Shown: positions 39,625 to 54,823 of the stretch, in pieces | Numbering within the stretch: the first letter of the stretch is position 1 | Layout of the letters: every line of letters begins with the position of its first letter | Position numbers and translations under genes: made by a program | Origin: an uncultured cyanobacterium | Lineage (GTDB): Bacteria; Cyanobacteriota; Cyanobacteriia; Phormidesmidales; Phormidesmidaceae | Direction of reading: 5' to 3' | Assembly (NCBI GenBank): GCA_963793265.1 | Contig: CAWBZI010000005.1 | Span: forward strand, 370,787-434,786 | DNA length: 64,000 nucleotides | The notes under the pieces: model-generated | Database searches by the model: none | Seen by the model: only the letters and a program-made list of their open reading frames with translations | Told to the model about the DNA's origin: nothing

Positions 39625-40839
39625 ATGCGGCATCTTTTCTCACGCGCACAATCTTCCCTGCTACCGAACTCAATACGGGCTTCTAAAAAGAAGGGTTACA
39701 GGCTAGCGATCGCCCTTGCAGCAAGTCTCTCTCTTACCCTAGCTCCTAGCTTGCTAACCGCCAGCTCAATACAGGCCCAATCTATTGAAGAGGAGCCTGT
39801 CGCTGAGCCTGAGCCCGAACCGGCTCCGGCAGCGCCAACCGTTCGGTTTGCCAGAGGCGAAGATGTTGACTTGGCTGAGATTGTTGCAGAGTGGCGCGGC
39901 TATTACGAAGACGTGCCGGTGTATCAGTGTGTATGTCAAGAAGCCGTTTGCGACCAAACCGCGCAGTGGCCCTACCGGGAGTTTGACCGCTTTCAGCTCA
40001 GCTTAGCGCTGGGGCCAACCAATGGCCTGATTGCCGAAAGCTCAGGCTTAAACTGTTTTGATATTGCTGATGGCTCGCGGCCTGGCGATCCTAGAGCCTT
40101 TTCGGCAGCAGAGCGATCACCTGATGAAGCGGCTAGTGAAACCGCCGATCAAACCGCCGATGAAACCGCAGATCAAACAGGCGAAGTCGCCATAGCGCCA
40201 CCGCGACCTGAAGCCGCTCCCGCACCGCCAACGCCCGCAACATCTGTCCCTCCCACTTCAGAACTTGCCCGACCAGCCTCTGGTGTTCAGGTGGCGGCCA
40301 GTAGTATTCCGCAGGCGATCGCTATCAACGATGGTGCAGCTATTCAGCTCACCTGGCCCAGTGGCACAATCAACACAATTGACGTATCGGGTCGCAACTG
40401 GAACATCAACGTGCTTGACGCGGTGGAATGTGAGAGTTTGAGTCAGGTTGATCAAAAGACGCTATCGGCTCAAAAGGTGGTGGGTACGCCTGTGGTCGAT
40501 GGCGTGACTGGGAATGTGGCGGTGCCAGTGCTGCTCGATTCTTGTGTGGATACCGATCAGTCGGCGGTGTTTGTTTTGGATGCGAATGAGGGCGGCGGCT
40601 ACGCGCTGTATCGGGCTCAGCTACCGGGCGATCGCACCTTGCCCGATGAGTTCTCAACCTACGCTTTTAGCAGCCTTGATGGTTTGAGCTATTGGGACGG
40701 CGCGCTACTGGTTCGTCAAAACGATGCTTCTGGGGCCGAATCGCTAGTTATTTTTCGACCGAGTACCAACCCGGCGGGCGAGTATGCAGGCTGTGGCATT
40801 GTGAACCCTGGAGAAGGGGCTGGTGTGCTGTGCCCTTAA
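39625..40839 (+). CDS. secreted protein: 4-Cys domain, Pro/Ala linker, beta-rich Cys-containing domain
   Basis: Signal peptide (IQA); paralogous N-terminal domain. Confidence 0.78.
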   Translation: MRHLFSRAQSSLLPNSIRASKKKGYRLAIALAASLSLTLAPSLLTASSIQAQSIEEEPVAEPEPEPAPAAPTVRFARGEDVDLAEIVAEWRGYYEDVPVYQCVCQEAVCDQTAQWPYREFDRFQLSLALGPTNGLIAESSGLNCFDIADGSRPGDPRAFSAAERSPDEAASETADQTADETADQTGEVAIAPPRPEAAPAPPTPATSVPPTSELARPASGVQVAASSIPQAIAINDGAAIQLTWPSGTINTIDVSGRNWNINVLDAVECESLSQVDQKTLSAQKVVGTPVVDGVTGNVAVPVLLDSCVDTDQSAVFVLDANEGGGYALYRAQLPGDRTLPDEFSTYAFSSLDGLSYWDGALLVRQNDASGAESLVIFRPSTNPAGEYAGCGIVNPGEGAGVLCP

Positions 40840-41267
40840 CAGAAGTAACCCTCGCTATCTTGTACCGCGAGGGCAGATTTTTGATGCAGCTACGAGATGA
40901 TTTCCCACACATTATCTTTCCAGGAATATGGGGCTTTTTTGGCGGTCATATTGAGCCGGGAGAGAATGCAGATGTGGGGGTGCATCGAGAGCTGATGGAG
41001 GAGCTGGGGTATGCGCCGCCAAAGCTAGAGCTATTCTATGAAATGGCAGATAGTAAGGTGCGGCGCTATTTTTATCACGGTGAGCTGACGGTGCCGGTGA
41101 GTGAGTTGCAGCTTAATGAAGGGCAGGATTTGGCGCTTTGTTCTGTTGCAGAAATTGAGAAAGGAGAGAAGTATTCAAAGAAACTGGGAGAGGTGCGATC
41201 GCTTGGCAAACCGCATCAAAAGGCGCTCTTGAGCTTTATTGAAAGCGGGCTGATGACAGTGGATTAA
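40830..41267 (+). CDS. NUDIX hydrolase
   Basis: GGHIEPGENADVGVHRELMEELG Nudix box; GTG 40830. Confidence 0.9.
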   Translation: MPLTEVTLAILYREGRFLMQLRDDFPHIIFPGIWGFFGGHIEPGENADVGVHRELMEELGYAPPKLELFYEMADSKVRRYFYHGELTVPVSELQLNEGQDLALCSVAEIEKGEKYSKKLGEVRSLGKPHQKALLSFIESGLMTVD

Positions 41268-41316
41268 TGTGGCCCCCGTCCCATACTGGGGCTCTGAGAC
41301 AAGATGTGCTGAATAT

Positions 41317-42426
41317 TTACTGCGCAGACAAATCGGTGTTTTTTGAATTTGTTGTGTTTCCTAATTTCTTCAATAGCCGATACCAGCTATGCAACGGGCT
41401 CACCAAGCTCGCTAAATACAGCGTCATTTCACTCGCTGTCACAGTGTCCGTGATAACCTGCTGACGATATTTCAGCACGTGACGAACAATCTTTTTCACA
41501 TCATTAAGCGCATAGAGCAGCACCATTAAAGGACGCTGCCAACGTGCGAAACTGAGCATCCGTGTATGATAGCGGCTAAGGCCAATACCCCGGCAGAGCT
41601 TTACTAAATACTCTCGTGTTAGCCGATGCCCTGGAATATCGTGGTGCATCCACATATGCGCGTTGTACCAAACCGGCCAGCCTGCCTGCTGAATGCGCAG
41701 CACCACTTCTAAGTCTTCACCCGCTTCTCTGGCCCCAAATTTATCGGCCAGCGTGCGTTCTTCAGGCACGTTGTCTAGCCAAGCTTGCCTTCTAACCACC
41801 AGGCCCGCGCCGGGTGGCAAGATTTTAGCTTCGGGTTTGTATGGAATGGGCTTTGGGCCGCGATCGGTGAGCGCCAAGAAGGCGGCAATTCTCTCGAAGT
41901 TGGCGGGCGGGGTGGTTGAGAACTTTCCTCTGATACGACTGCCAAAAACGCCGACTTCAGGGTACTGCTGGCCGAATCGATAGGCCGATCGCACCCAGTT
42001 GATCCAGGGCAGATTATCGTCGTCTAAGTAGCCAATCAACGGGCTATTAGCAACTTTGGTGCCGTGCTGACGGGCATAGCCTGCGCCCTGTTGCGGCTCG
42101 AATTCGTAGCGCAAAGGAATGGTTTTGGGCCAGTTAGCCTGGTAGCGGCGGACGACTTCTTTGGTGCGATCGCTGCTGTTATTATCGACAACAATCACCT
42201 CCCACTCGATGCTGTCAGTATCAATTTGGCAGCGTAACCGGTCAAGCACCGCGCCAATGCGATCTGCGCCGTTGTAGGTAGCGATTACGACTGTGAAGTC
42301 TGAGGCAATGCGATCGGGGAAGAGCTGGCGGAAGACGGGCCTGAGCCCCTGAAGTCGCTGAAGCGCTGAGCCTGATAAGGCGGGAGAGGCGGGCTGCGGC
42401 TGACGAGGTAAAAGAGTAGCAGTCAT
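41317..42426 (-). CDS. hpsE: GT2 glycosyltransferase, HpsE-like (hormogonium polysaccharide)
   Basis: DFTVVIATYNGA, VVDNNSSD, EPQQGAGYAR, YLDDDN, PPGAGL and GEDLE. Confidence 0.75.
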   Translation of the reverse strand: MTATLLPRQPQPASPALSGSALQRLQGLRPVFRQLFPDRIASDFTVVIATYNGADRIGAVLDRLRCQIDTDSIEWEVIVVDNNSSDRTKEVVRRYQANWPKTIPLRYEFEPQQGAGYARQHGTKVANSPLIGYLDDDNLPWINWVRSAYRFGQQYPEVGVFGSRIRGKFSTTPPANFERIAAFLALTDRGPKPIPYKPEAKILPPGAGLVVRRQAWLDNVPEERTLADKFGAREAGEDLEVVLRIQQAGWPVWYNAHMWMHHDIPGHRLTREYLVKLCRGIGLSRYHTRMLSFARWQRPLMVLLYALNDVKKIVRHVLKYRQQVITDTVTASEMTLYLASLVSPLHSWYRLLKKLGNTTNSKNTDLSAQ

Positions 42427-42497
42427 GGGCTAGGGCAATTCTTTTCCCTTTAGGGTGCCCAAATAGCGCTGTGAAATCTAAAAAAGTTGATTGGTCT

Positions 42498-47027
<4,530 letters not shown>

Positions 47028-47199
47028 ACTGGGTAGAAACTATATCGTGAGCGAAGATTATTTATAAAGATGCTTTTATTAACGGCTGTCCTCAGGCCAA
47101 TGAGGTTGACCTGAGGTCTAAGTCTGAAGCTGTACGATACCACTCCCTATAGATATAGATCAACCTCGACCCATAGACTAATCTCTGGCCAGCTTTTGC

Positions 47200-49251
47200 C
47201 TACTGACGACTTCTCTCCTTCTCCTGTTCCTGTCTAAAGGGAGCCTTATGTTTGCCGAGCAGGCGATCGCGCAAATGCTTAATCCGATCTCGATAAGTAC
47301 TCGCCTCCTCAAACTCCAGCTTCTTCGCCGCTTCTTTCATCTTCGCCTCTAGCTGCCCAATCAGCACCGGAATGTCTTCTAGCGGCAGCTCATCGCTGTG
47401 ATCGTAAGCCTGCTCTAGCTCCTCGGAGTTCAATCTGCGAGAGACATCTAAGAAAGAGAGAATCGAGTTAGACTGACGGCGAATAATCGGCTTCGGCTCA
47501 ATATTATTCTCTTCGTTGTAGGCCATCTGAATCGCCCGACGGCGCTCAGTTTCTTCAATTGCTTTTTCCATGCTCTCAGTCATGTTGTCGGCGTAGAGAA
47601 TGGCTCTGCCGTCGATGTGCCGGGCCGCACGACCGATGGTTTGAATAAGCGATCGCTGCGCCCGCAAAAAACCCTCTTTATCGGCATCTAAAATTGCCAC
47701 CAAAGACACCTCCGGTAAGTCCAACCCTTCACGCAGCAGGTTCACACCAATGAGCACATCAAACTCGCCATTGCGCAAGTCTTGAATAATCTCTATTCGC
47801 TCAATCGAATGAATCTCAGAGTGCAGATAGCGGACACGGACGCCGTGCTCGTTGAGGTAGTCGGTGAGATCTTCGGCCATGCGCTTTGTGAGCGTGGTGA
47901 CTAGGGTGCGTTCGTCTTTGGCGGCGCGATCGCGAATCTCTCCGAGTAAATCATCCACCTGCCCATCAGAAGGCCGCACGTCAATCACTGGATCTAGCAC
48001 CCCAGTCGGGCGAATTACCTGATCAACAACATGACCCTCTGAAAGCGACATTTCCCAGTCGCCCGGCGTCGCAGAAACAAAAATGCACTGGTTCACCTTG
48101 TTCCAAAACTCTTCTGCTTTTAATGGACGATTATCCGCCGCACTTGGCAGCCGAAATCCATGGTCAATCAACACCTTTTTGCGCGCCTGATCGCCGTTAT
48201 ACATCGCGCGAATCTGTGGCACCGTCACGTGAGACTCATCCACTGCTAATAGCCAGTCATCATGTGGAAAGTAGTCCAACAAACATTCTGGCGGTGCGCC
48301 CGGTAAACGGCCTGCGAGGTGGCGCGTGTAGTTTTCTACGCCGTTGCAGTAGCCCACTTCCTGAAGCATTTCCAAGTCGTATCGGGTGCGCTGTTCTAAG
48401 CGTTGGGCTTCAAGCAGTTTGCCATGGCTCTCTAAAAACTCAAGCTGTTCTTTTAGCTCTGCGCGGATGCCCTTACAGGCTGCTTCAAGCTTGTCGTCTG
48501 GGGTAACAAAGTGACGCGCTGGGTAAACGTTCACCGAATCCATGCTTTGCAGCGTGGCCCCAGTGACCGGATCGATGTAGCGAATGGCGTCAATTTCATC
48601 GCCAAAGAACTCAATGCGAATAATGCGATCTTCGTAGGCTGGGCCAATTTCGAGCACGTCTCCTTTCACTCGAAAGCGACCGCGCCCCATTTCTAAGTCA
48701 TTGCGGGTGTATTGCACTGAGGCCAAGTCACGCAACACCTGCCTTTGGTTTGTCTCAGCCCCGACGCGCAGGGGAATAGAGGCATTGAGATATTCAGATG
48801 GAATCCCGAGGCCGTAGATGCAGCTAATGGAGGCGACGACGATCACGTCTTTTCGTTCAAAGAGCGATCTGGTGGCAGAGTGTCGCAGCATATCGATCTC
48901 GTCATTGATTGCCGAGGTCTTCGCAATATAGGTGTCGGTCGTTGGAATATACGCTTCGGGCTGATAGTAGTCGTAATAGCTGATGAAATATTCGACCGAA
49001 TTATCTGGAAAGAATTCGCGCAGTTCATTACAAAGCTGAGCCGCCAGCGTTTTGTTATGCGCCAGCACTAGAGCGGGCTTGCCGATAGCGTCGATGGTGC
49101 GGGCGATGGTGTGGGTTTTGCCGGTGCCGGTTGCGCCTAAAAGGGTCTGGTATTCCTGTTTGGCCTTTAAGTTTTTTATGAGCTGTGCAATGGCCTTGGG
49201 CTGATCGCCTGCGGGCTCAAAGGGGGCTTGAATATCAAACTTTTTTTTCAT
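47200..49251 (-). CDS. uvrB: excinuclease ABC subunit B
   Basis: [22 protein letters not shown] and LLREGLD. Confidence 0.98.
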   Translation of the reverse strand: MKKKFDIQAPFEPAGDQPKAIAQLIKNLKAKQEYQTLLGATGTGKTHTIARTIDAIGKPALVLAHNKTLAAQLCNELREFFPDNSVEYFISYYDYYQPEAYIPTTDTYIAKTSAINDEIDMLRHSATRSLFERKDVIVVASISCIYGLGIPSEYLNASIPLRVGAETNQRQVLRDLASVQYTRNDLEMGRGRFRVKGDVLEIGPAYEDRIIRIEFFGDEIDAIRYIDPVTGATLQSMDSVNVYPARHFVTPDDKLEAACKGIRAELKEQLEFLESHGKLLEAQRLEQRTRYDLEMLQEVGYCNGVENYTRHLAGRLPGAPPECLLDYFPHDDWLLAVDESHVTVPQIRAMYNGDQARKKVLIDHGFRLPSAADNRPLKAEEFWNKVNQCIFVSATPGDWEMSLSEGHVVDQVIRPTGVLDPVIDVRPSDGQVDDLLGEIRDRAAKDERTLVTTLTKRMAEDLTDYLNEHGVRVRYLHSEIHSIERIEIIQDLRNGEFDVLIGVNLLREGLDLPEVSLVAILDADKEGFLRAQRSLIQTIGRAARHIDGRAILYADNMTESMEKAIEETERRRAIQMAYNEENNIEPKPIIRRQSNSILSFLDVSRRLNSEELEQAYDHSDELPLEDIPVLIGQLEAKMKEAAKKLEFEEASTYRDRIKHLRDRLLGKHKAPFRQEQEKERSRQ

Positions 49252-49326
49252 TGGGAGGAGAAAGCGAGGGCGGTAGGGCGCAGAGTCACGACAGGAATGG
49301 GGACTGAATAATATACATGTATCGCG

Positions 49327-49411
49327 GCCCTCATCCTAAATCCTTCTCCCGAGGGGAGAAGGACTTTGAATCCGGCTCCCTCTCCCCTCGGGAGAGGGTT
49401 GGGGTGAGGGC
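49327..49411. repeat. composite short dispersed repeat (two hairpins within terminal IR)
   Basis: gccctcatcctaa...ttggggtgagggc enclosing ccttctcccc/ggggagaagg and ccctctccc/gggagaggg. Confidence 0.75.
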
Positions 49412-49604
49412 TTCAGCAGATGACGGTTGAGCAGCTTTTTGATGTTCACTCCCAGCGTGAGTGTTTAATTTTAGACGATTTGATTAGAGGCGATCGCACC
49501 TTTCGATACCAGATATCCGACTTGCCAAGCTAGAACCGCATTAAAATTTGAAAGTGCCCAGCACCCTCCGGTCACTGCTCCCAACAAGCCATTCTGCTAA
49601 AGTC

Positions 49605-50054
49605 ATGAACTACAAAAACGCAAACAGTACCGTAATGGGCAAAATTATCGTCACGCTGACTATTACAAACTGGGTCGATAAAGTGCTTGCAGAGCGCGGC
49701 TTTATTCCTGAAGAAGATGTTCGTTCATGCGTCGTAGATAACGCACTTGTCGATACGGGTGCAACTCGCTTATGCCTACCTGCTGACATTATTCAAAAGC
49801 TAGGCTTGAAGCAGAACGCAACGATTGATGCTCAAACGGCTGTAGGTCTGCAAACGCTGAACGTATACGAGGGGCTGCTGCTGAACGTTGAAGGTAGAGA
49901 AGGCAGCTACAACTGTGTAGAGCTACCGGCTGGGCAAACGCCGCTACTGGGCCTGATTCCACTGGAGGATTTGGGTTTAGATCCAGATTTGCAAAACCAA
50001 CGCCTGCGGCATTTGCCCACCAGAGGAAAGGAAACCTATCTAACTGTTCTGTAA
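49605..50054 (+). CDS. retropepsin-like aspartyl protease
   Basis: ALVDTGAT and LLGLIPLE; start at 49605 or 49635. Confidence 0.85.
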   Translation: MNYKNANSTVMGKIIVTLTITNWVDKVLAERGFIPEEDVRSCVVDNALVDTGATRLCLPADIIQKLGLKQNATIDAQTAVGLQTLNVYEGLLLNVEGREGSYNCVELPAGQTPLLGLIPLEDLGLDPDLQNQRLRHLPTRGKETYLTVL

Positions 50055-50099
50055 AGGTCAGCTAAAAGTTGGCGCAGGTACCAAAGCGTAGGATAATCC

Positions 50100-52679
50100 G
50101 TGAAATCAAACGCCTGTGGAAAGCCTGTGGAAAGCCTGTTGACGAAACCAATCCAAAGCCAAAAGCCCGATATTCCGGCCTGCGCGTGGCAGTGGCCCAT
50201 TGGCAAAAAGTGGGAAACGCCCTACATCGTTCGCTACGCTAGCAACTTAGACGATGGGCCAGAGCACGGCATTCCCTTAGGCGGATTTGGCGCGGGCTGT
50301 ATTGGCAGGTCGCCCAGCGGATCGTTCAACCTATGGCATTTAGACGGCGGCGAACATATTTTCGACTCGTTCCCTGGCTGTCAGTTCAGCGTGTTTGAAC
50401 AAAGTGCAGACGGTGCGTCTCAAGCCTATGCCATGGCGACTGATAAACCTGAAAGCGTACTTTCTAGCTGGCAGTGGTACCCGGTCAGTACGCAAGAGAA
50501 AACTTCTGGCACCTATCACGCGCTGTATCCCCGTAGCTGGTACGCCTACGAGAATGTTTTTCGAAGCCATCTCACCTGCGAACAACTCTCTCCTATTTGG
50601 GCCGATAATTACCAAGAGAGCAGCTACCCAGTCGCAACCTTTGTATGGACGGCGCACAATCCAACCGATCAGCCGCTAACAATCAGCATTATGCTGAGCT
50701 GGCAGAATATGGTCGGCTGGTTTACTAACAGCACTAATTCACCGAAGATTAAACAGCGTGAAGACGGCAGTCCTTTTTATGACTACACGCCTAGATTAAG
50801 AGAGAGTTTGGGAAACTATAACAAACTGGTGTGTGAAGACGCTGATGAAAGCCAAAGTGAAGATCAGGGTGAAAGCTATGGCGCTGCTGGCTTTGTGATG
50901 GATGGGGAGTGGGCTGGTGAACCCGACGAGGGCGATGGGCAGTTTGCAGTAGCGGCCTATCATCCTGATGCTGAGGTGAGCTATAACACGTGCTGGCAAC
51001 CAGATGGGGATGGTCAAGATCTGTGGGAGAGTTTCTCTAAGACAGGACAATTGACGAATCTTGAAGATGCGGGCATTAGCACTGAACAACAGATTGGGGG
51101 CGCGATCGCACTCAAATTCACCCTAGCCCCCGGCGAAACCCAACAAATACCCTTCACCCTAAGCTGGGACTTACCCGTCACCGAATTCGCTCAAGGAAAA
51201 CGCGCATACCGGCGGTATACAGACTTCTTTAATCGGGAGGGGCGGAATGCTTGGGCGATCGCAAAAACCGCCCTTACCCACTACCCCACCTGGCAAGCCA
51301 AAATCCAAGCCTGGCAGCGGCCCATCCTCGATCAGGACTTGCCCGACTGGTTCAAAATGGCGCTCTTCAATGAGCTATACGATCTTGCCAGCGGCGGCAC
51401 CCTATGGTCAGCAGCCACTAAAGCCGATCCGGTCGGCCAGTTTGGCGTATTAGAATGCATGGACTACCGCTGGTACGAAAGCCTAGACGTGCGGCTATAC
51501 GGCGGCTTTGCAACGCTGCTGCTGTGGCCCGAGCTAGAAAAATCAGTCATTCGCGCCTTCGCTCGCGCCATCCCTACTGAAGACCTCAAGCGCCGCATCA
51601 TCGGCTACTACTACACCATTGGCGAAAAGGATCACAAGGCACCTCGCAAGCTCAAAGGAGCTACCCCGCACGATTTGGGCGCACCGAATGAAAATCCCTG
51701 GCTCGCGACTAACTACACCAGCTACCAAGACTGCAACCAGTGGAAAGACCTTTCCAGCGACTTTGTTCTACAGGTCTACCGCGCCTTTGAAGCTACTGGC
51801 AGCACAGATATCGACTTCTTAGCTGACTGCTGGCCTGCGGTTGTTGAAACGCTGGCCTACAGCAAACAGTTTGACACCGACGGCGACGGCCTGATTGAAA
51901 ACAGCGGTGCGCCCGACCAGACCTTTGACGACTGGCGGCTATCGGGCATTAGTGCCTACTGCGGCGGGCTGTGGATTGGCGCTTTGAGTGCGGCGATCGC
52001 GATCGGTGAAATTTTGCAAAAGCACAAACGCGCGCCTGGCAACCTCGTCATTTTGCTAGCCCAGTATCGCCGCTGGTGGCAGCATGGCCGCGCCGCCTAC
52101 CAAAAGCAGCTCTGGAACGGCAGCTACTACCGACTCGACACCCAAAGCGGCTCCGATGTCGTCATGGCCGACCAGCTCTGCGGCCAGTTTTGCGCCGCCA
52201 CCATGGGCCTTCCCGATGTCGTCGATCCTGAGTTCGTAGCCCCCACTCTTGATGCCATTTACGATGCCTGCTTCGTAAAATTCAACCAGTACACCGCCCA
52301 GCTCGGCCCCCAGAACCAAAAGTTTGAAGGCGCACAAACCGGCCACTTTAGCGCCGCCCAGCTCGGCCTTAAAATCGGCTGTGCCAACGGCGTTCGCCCT
52401 GACGGCTCACCCCAAAACCCCGACGATACCCACCAGTTAGAAGTCTGGACAGGCATTAACTTTGGCCTCGCCGCCTTCTTTGCCCATGCCGGTAAAAAAG
52501 CAGAGGCCATGGAAATCACAGAAGCGGTTGTGCAACAGATCTATCAGTACGGATTGCAGTTTCGGACGCCCGAGGCAATTACCGCTGTCGGCACCTTTCG
52601 CGCCTGCCACTATCTCCGACCAATGGCAATTTGGGCGCTATACTACACGCTCCAAAATGGGGATCGTCACAGCGGTTGA
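50100..52679 (+). CDS. GH116 glycoside hydrolase (GBA2-like)
   Basis: GIPLGGFGAG, ECMDY..YESLDV, PDQTFDDW and FRTPEA. Confidence 0.92.
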   Translation: MKSNACGKPVESLLTKPIQSQKPDIPACAWQWPIGKKWETPYIVRYASNLDDGPEHGIPLGGFGAGCIGRSPSGSFNLWHLDGGEHIFDSFPGCQFSVFEQSADGASQAYAMATDKPESVLSSWQWYPVSTQEKTSGTYHALYPRSWYAYENVFRSHLTCEQLSPIWADNYQESSYPVATFVWTAHNPTDQPLTISIMLSWQNMVGWFTNSTNSPKIKQREDGSPFYDYTPRLRESLGNYNKLVCEDADESQSEDQGESYGAAGFVMDGEWAGEPDEGDGQFAVAAYHPDAEVSYNTCWQPDGDGQDLWESFSKTGQLTNLEDAGISTEQQIGGAIALKFTLAPGETQQIPFTLSWDLPVTEFAQGKRAYRRYTDFFNREGRNAWAIAKTALTHYPTWQAKIQAWQRPILDQDLPDWFKMALFNELYDLASGGTLWSAATKADPVGQFGVLECMDYRWYESLDVRLYGGFATLLLWPELEKSVIRAFARAIPTEDLKRRIIGYYYTIGEKDHKAPRKLKGATPHDLGAPNENPWLATNYTSYQDCNQWKDLSSDFVLQVYRAFEATGSTDIDFLADCWPAVVETLAYSKQFDTDGDGLIENSGAPDQTFDDWRLSGISAYCGGLWIGALSAAIAIGEILQKHKRAPGNLVILLAQYRRWWQHGRAAYQKQLWNGSYYRLDTQSGSDVVMADQLCGQFCAATMGLPDVVDPEFVAPTLDAIYDACFVKFNQYTAQLGPQNQKFEGAQTGHFSAAQLGLKIGCANGVRPDGSPQNPDDTHQLEVWTGINFGLAAFFAHAGKKAEAMEITEAVVQQIYQYGLQFRTPEAITAVGTFRACHYLRPMAIWALYYTLQNGDRHSG

Positions 52680-52911
52680 GGTTGTAAACTGACTGCTTCA
52701 AAAAACGACACACAATGATAGAAAAGCCGCCGAACAAGGTATAAATTTTCCTTGATGTGTTGGGTAGTCTGAAAGCAGATAGCGCTTGTGAGTAAGTTAT
52801 CACAGGCCAATCTGAGAAGCGGGCTACAGGCTTCATAGGGCCTACAGATAAGCTCGCTACACTTCATTTAACGACACCCTTCATCTCAACTCTCAAGGAA
52901 TCTCAAAAGCT

Positions 52912-53334
52912 ATGGCGTTCTCAAGCGTATCGTCCCCTCGACCTACCGCCCGCCCGCTCAGAAGGCAGCACTCCCAGCCTGCGCTTTGGGCGATCGCGTT
53001 TGTCTTTTTTATATTGGGTTCAGCAGCAGCAACGTTTACGATTTGGCAGCTACACGAGCTATATCAGGCGACCGTAGCACCGCCAGTTGAAGTAGAAGGT
53101 ACGCTCAGGGCTCAATACAGCTATCAAGACGCAGAGAGTTTGACGCCACCCCCCGGCGGCTATTACATCGAATCGTCGGGCGTTGGCCGCGTGTATTTGG
53201 ATGCAAATCAGGCGCTAGATCCTTTTGTCGGTAAGCCTATCGTGGCAAACGGCAGCGTTTCTGGCATTTGTGGGCCTAAGTCTTTGCCTTGTTATACACA
53301 GCTAGCCGTTCGCGAGATTGAGATTGCTGAGTAG
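52912..53334 (+). CDS. hypothetical membrane-anchored protein
   Basis: One TM followed by a beta-rich domain. Confidence 0.65.
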   Translation: MAFSSVSSPRPTARPLRRQHSQPALWAIAFVFFILGSAAATFTIWQLHELYQATVAPPVEVEGTLRAQYSYQDAESLTPPPGGYYIESSGVGRVYLDANQALDPFVGKPIVANGSVSGICGPKSLPCYTQLAVREIEIAE

Positions 53335-53345
53335 GGAGCGTATCT

Positions 53346-53795
53346 TTAGCGAAGGCTGATTTTGAGAATGGCGGCTTCGCTATTGCTCGTGTTTTGCTGT
53401 GCTGTGCTGAGGGTTTGTAGTAGTGATATGAGTGTGGGCGATCGCACCGCTTCTTCAAGCTGCTCACTATTCAAGCTAAGGATGAATTCATTGGCGGCTT
53501 CTAGTGCGATCGCAACCTCCTCCTGAGAATTTCCCAACGGCGACAAATCAACCTCAACCCCGCCTAGCTCTGCCGATAGCTTTCTCTCTAGCCGATAGAG
53601 CTGAAGCAAACCCACATCAACCCGAGCTGCTGTCACAGTCGGCTGTAGGTTTTCGGAAAATGCTGGATCGGCTGTGGTCGCTTCGGCAGGAGCGATGGCA
53701 ATGAGAGCGATCGCGCCCCGTTGAACCAGCGCAATCAACAGCTTTTTGCAGGAAAATTTTATAGGGATCATGCAGACGAATTCTCTTTCGGGCAC
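53346..53795 (-). CDS. hypothetical secreted protein
   Basis: Signal-like AEA; fills the gap between neighbouring genes; start uncertain. Confidence 0.55.
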   Translation of the reverse strand: MPEREFVCMIPIKFSCKKLLIALVQRGAIALIAIAPAEATTADPAFSENLQPTVTAARVDVGLLQLYRLERKLSAELGGVEVDLSPLGNSQEEVAIALEAANEFILSLNSEQLEEAVRSPTLISLLQTLSTAQQNTSNSEAAILKISLR

Positions 53796-53911
53796 CGCTC
53801 AGGTAGCTAGCGGCCTGATTGTTCCCACAGCGTTGTTATGGGCAAACAAAGTTGATGTGTTGAATTTCCTAGCTCGCTACAATAAAACCGTACTTTTATT
53901 CGTAGCCTGCC

Positions 53912-54823
53912 ATGCTGACGTTTCAGCCACCGGGATTCAAGCAAGACTCAGCGCCGACCAGGTTGGGTCATATGGCTTACTACACGCCCACCGATCCAAA
54001 GACAACAGCGCCCACCGTCGTCTTTTTTCACAACTTTGGCGGCGGAGCCTCTGCCTACGAATGGTCAAAGGTATATTCTGTTTTAGCAACCACCTACAAC
54101 GTCATCGCGCCCGATTTAATCGGCTGGGGCTCATCGGCCCACCCCGAACGCCGCTACACCACCGAAGACTATCTCAACACCATTGAAGACTTCATTAATC
54201 ACATTTCACCGACACCCATTATCGCAGTCGCCAGCTCATTTACCGGCGGACTCATCGCTCGGCTCGCCGTTAGCCATCCCACGCTGTTTGAAAAACTATT
54301 TCTGGTATGCCCTGCCGGGTTTAGAGACTTTGGCGGCGGCGCGGGCAGGCGAATTCCTGAACCGATTATCAATGCGCCTTTTCTAGACAAGCTTATCTAC
54401 TCAGTAGGGGCCACTAACGAGTTTGCGGTGCGTAACTTTTTAGAGAACTTTTTGTTTGCCCAGCGCGATCGCCTCTCAGACGAAACCGTTGCCGCCTACC
54501 TCGCTTCAGCCCAGCAGCCTAGAGCCGAATACTCAGCGCTCGCCTTTTTACGCGGCGATTTGTACTTTGATCTTGCGCCCTATTGGGCTCACTTGCGAGT
54601 GCCGAGTGCGATCACCTGGGGAGAAAAGGCCCAGTTCACCCCCGTTAGCACAGGCCGCAGATTTGCCGAGCTAAATCCTCAAGCCGTGAAGCGATTTCAG
54701 GTAGTATCAAATACCGGCGTGCTGCCTCATTTGGAGCTGCCCGGCCCCGTTGCCGCTCTGCTTTTAGACTGGCTGCAATACTCACCCGAGCATACTCCCC
54801 CAAGCCCTGAGAGAACCCCATGA
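53912..54823 (+). CDS. alpha/beta-fold hydrolase
   Basis: FFHNFGGG, APDLIGWG, ASS nucleophile elbow and LPHLE. Confidence 0.88.
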   Translation: MLTFQPPGFKQDSAPTRLGHMAYYTPTDPKTTAPTVVFFHNFGGGASAYEWSKVYSVLATTYNVIAPDLIGWGSSAHPERRYTTEDYLNTIEDFINHISPTPIIAVASSFTGGLIARLAVSHPTLFEKLFLVCPAGFRDFGGGAGRRIPEPIINAPFLDKLIYSVGATNEFAVRNFLENFLFAQRDRLSDETVAAYLASAQQPRAEYSALAFLRGDLYFDLAPYWAHLRVPSAITWGEKAQFTPVSTGRRFAELNPQAVKRFQVVSNTGVLPHLELPGPVAALLLDWLQYSPEHTPPSPERTP

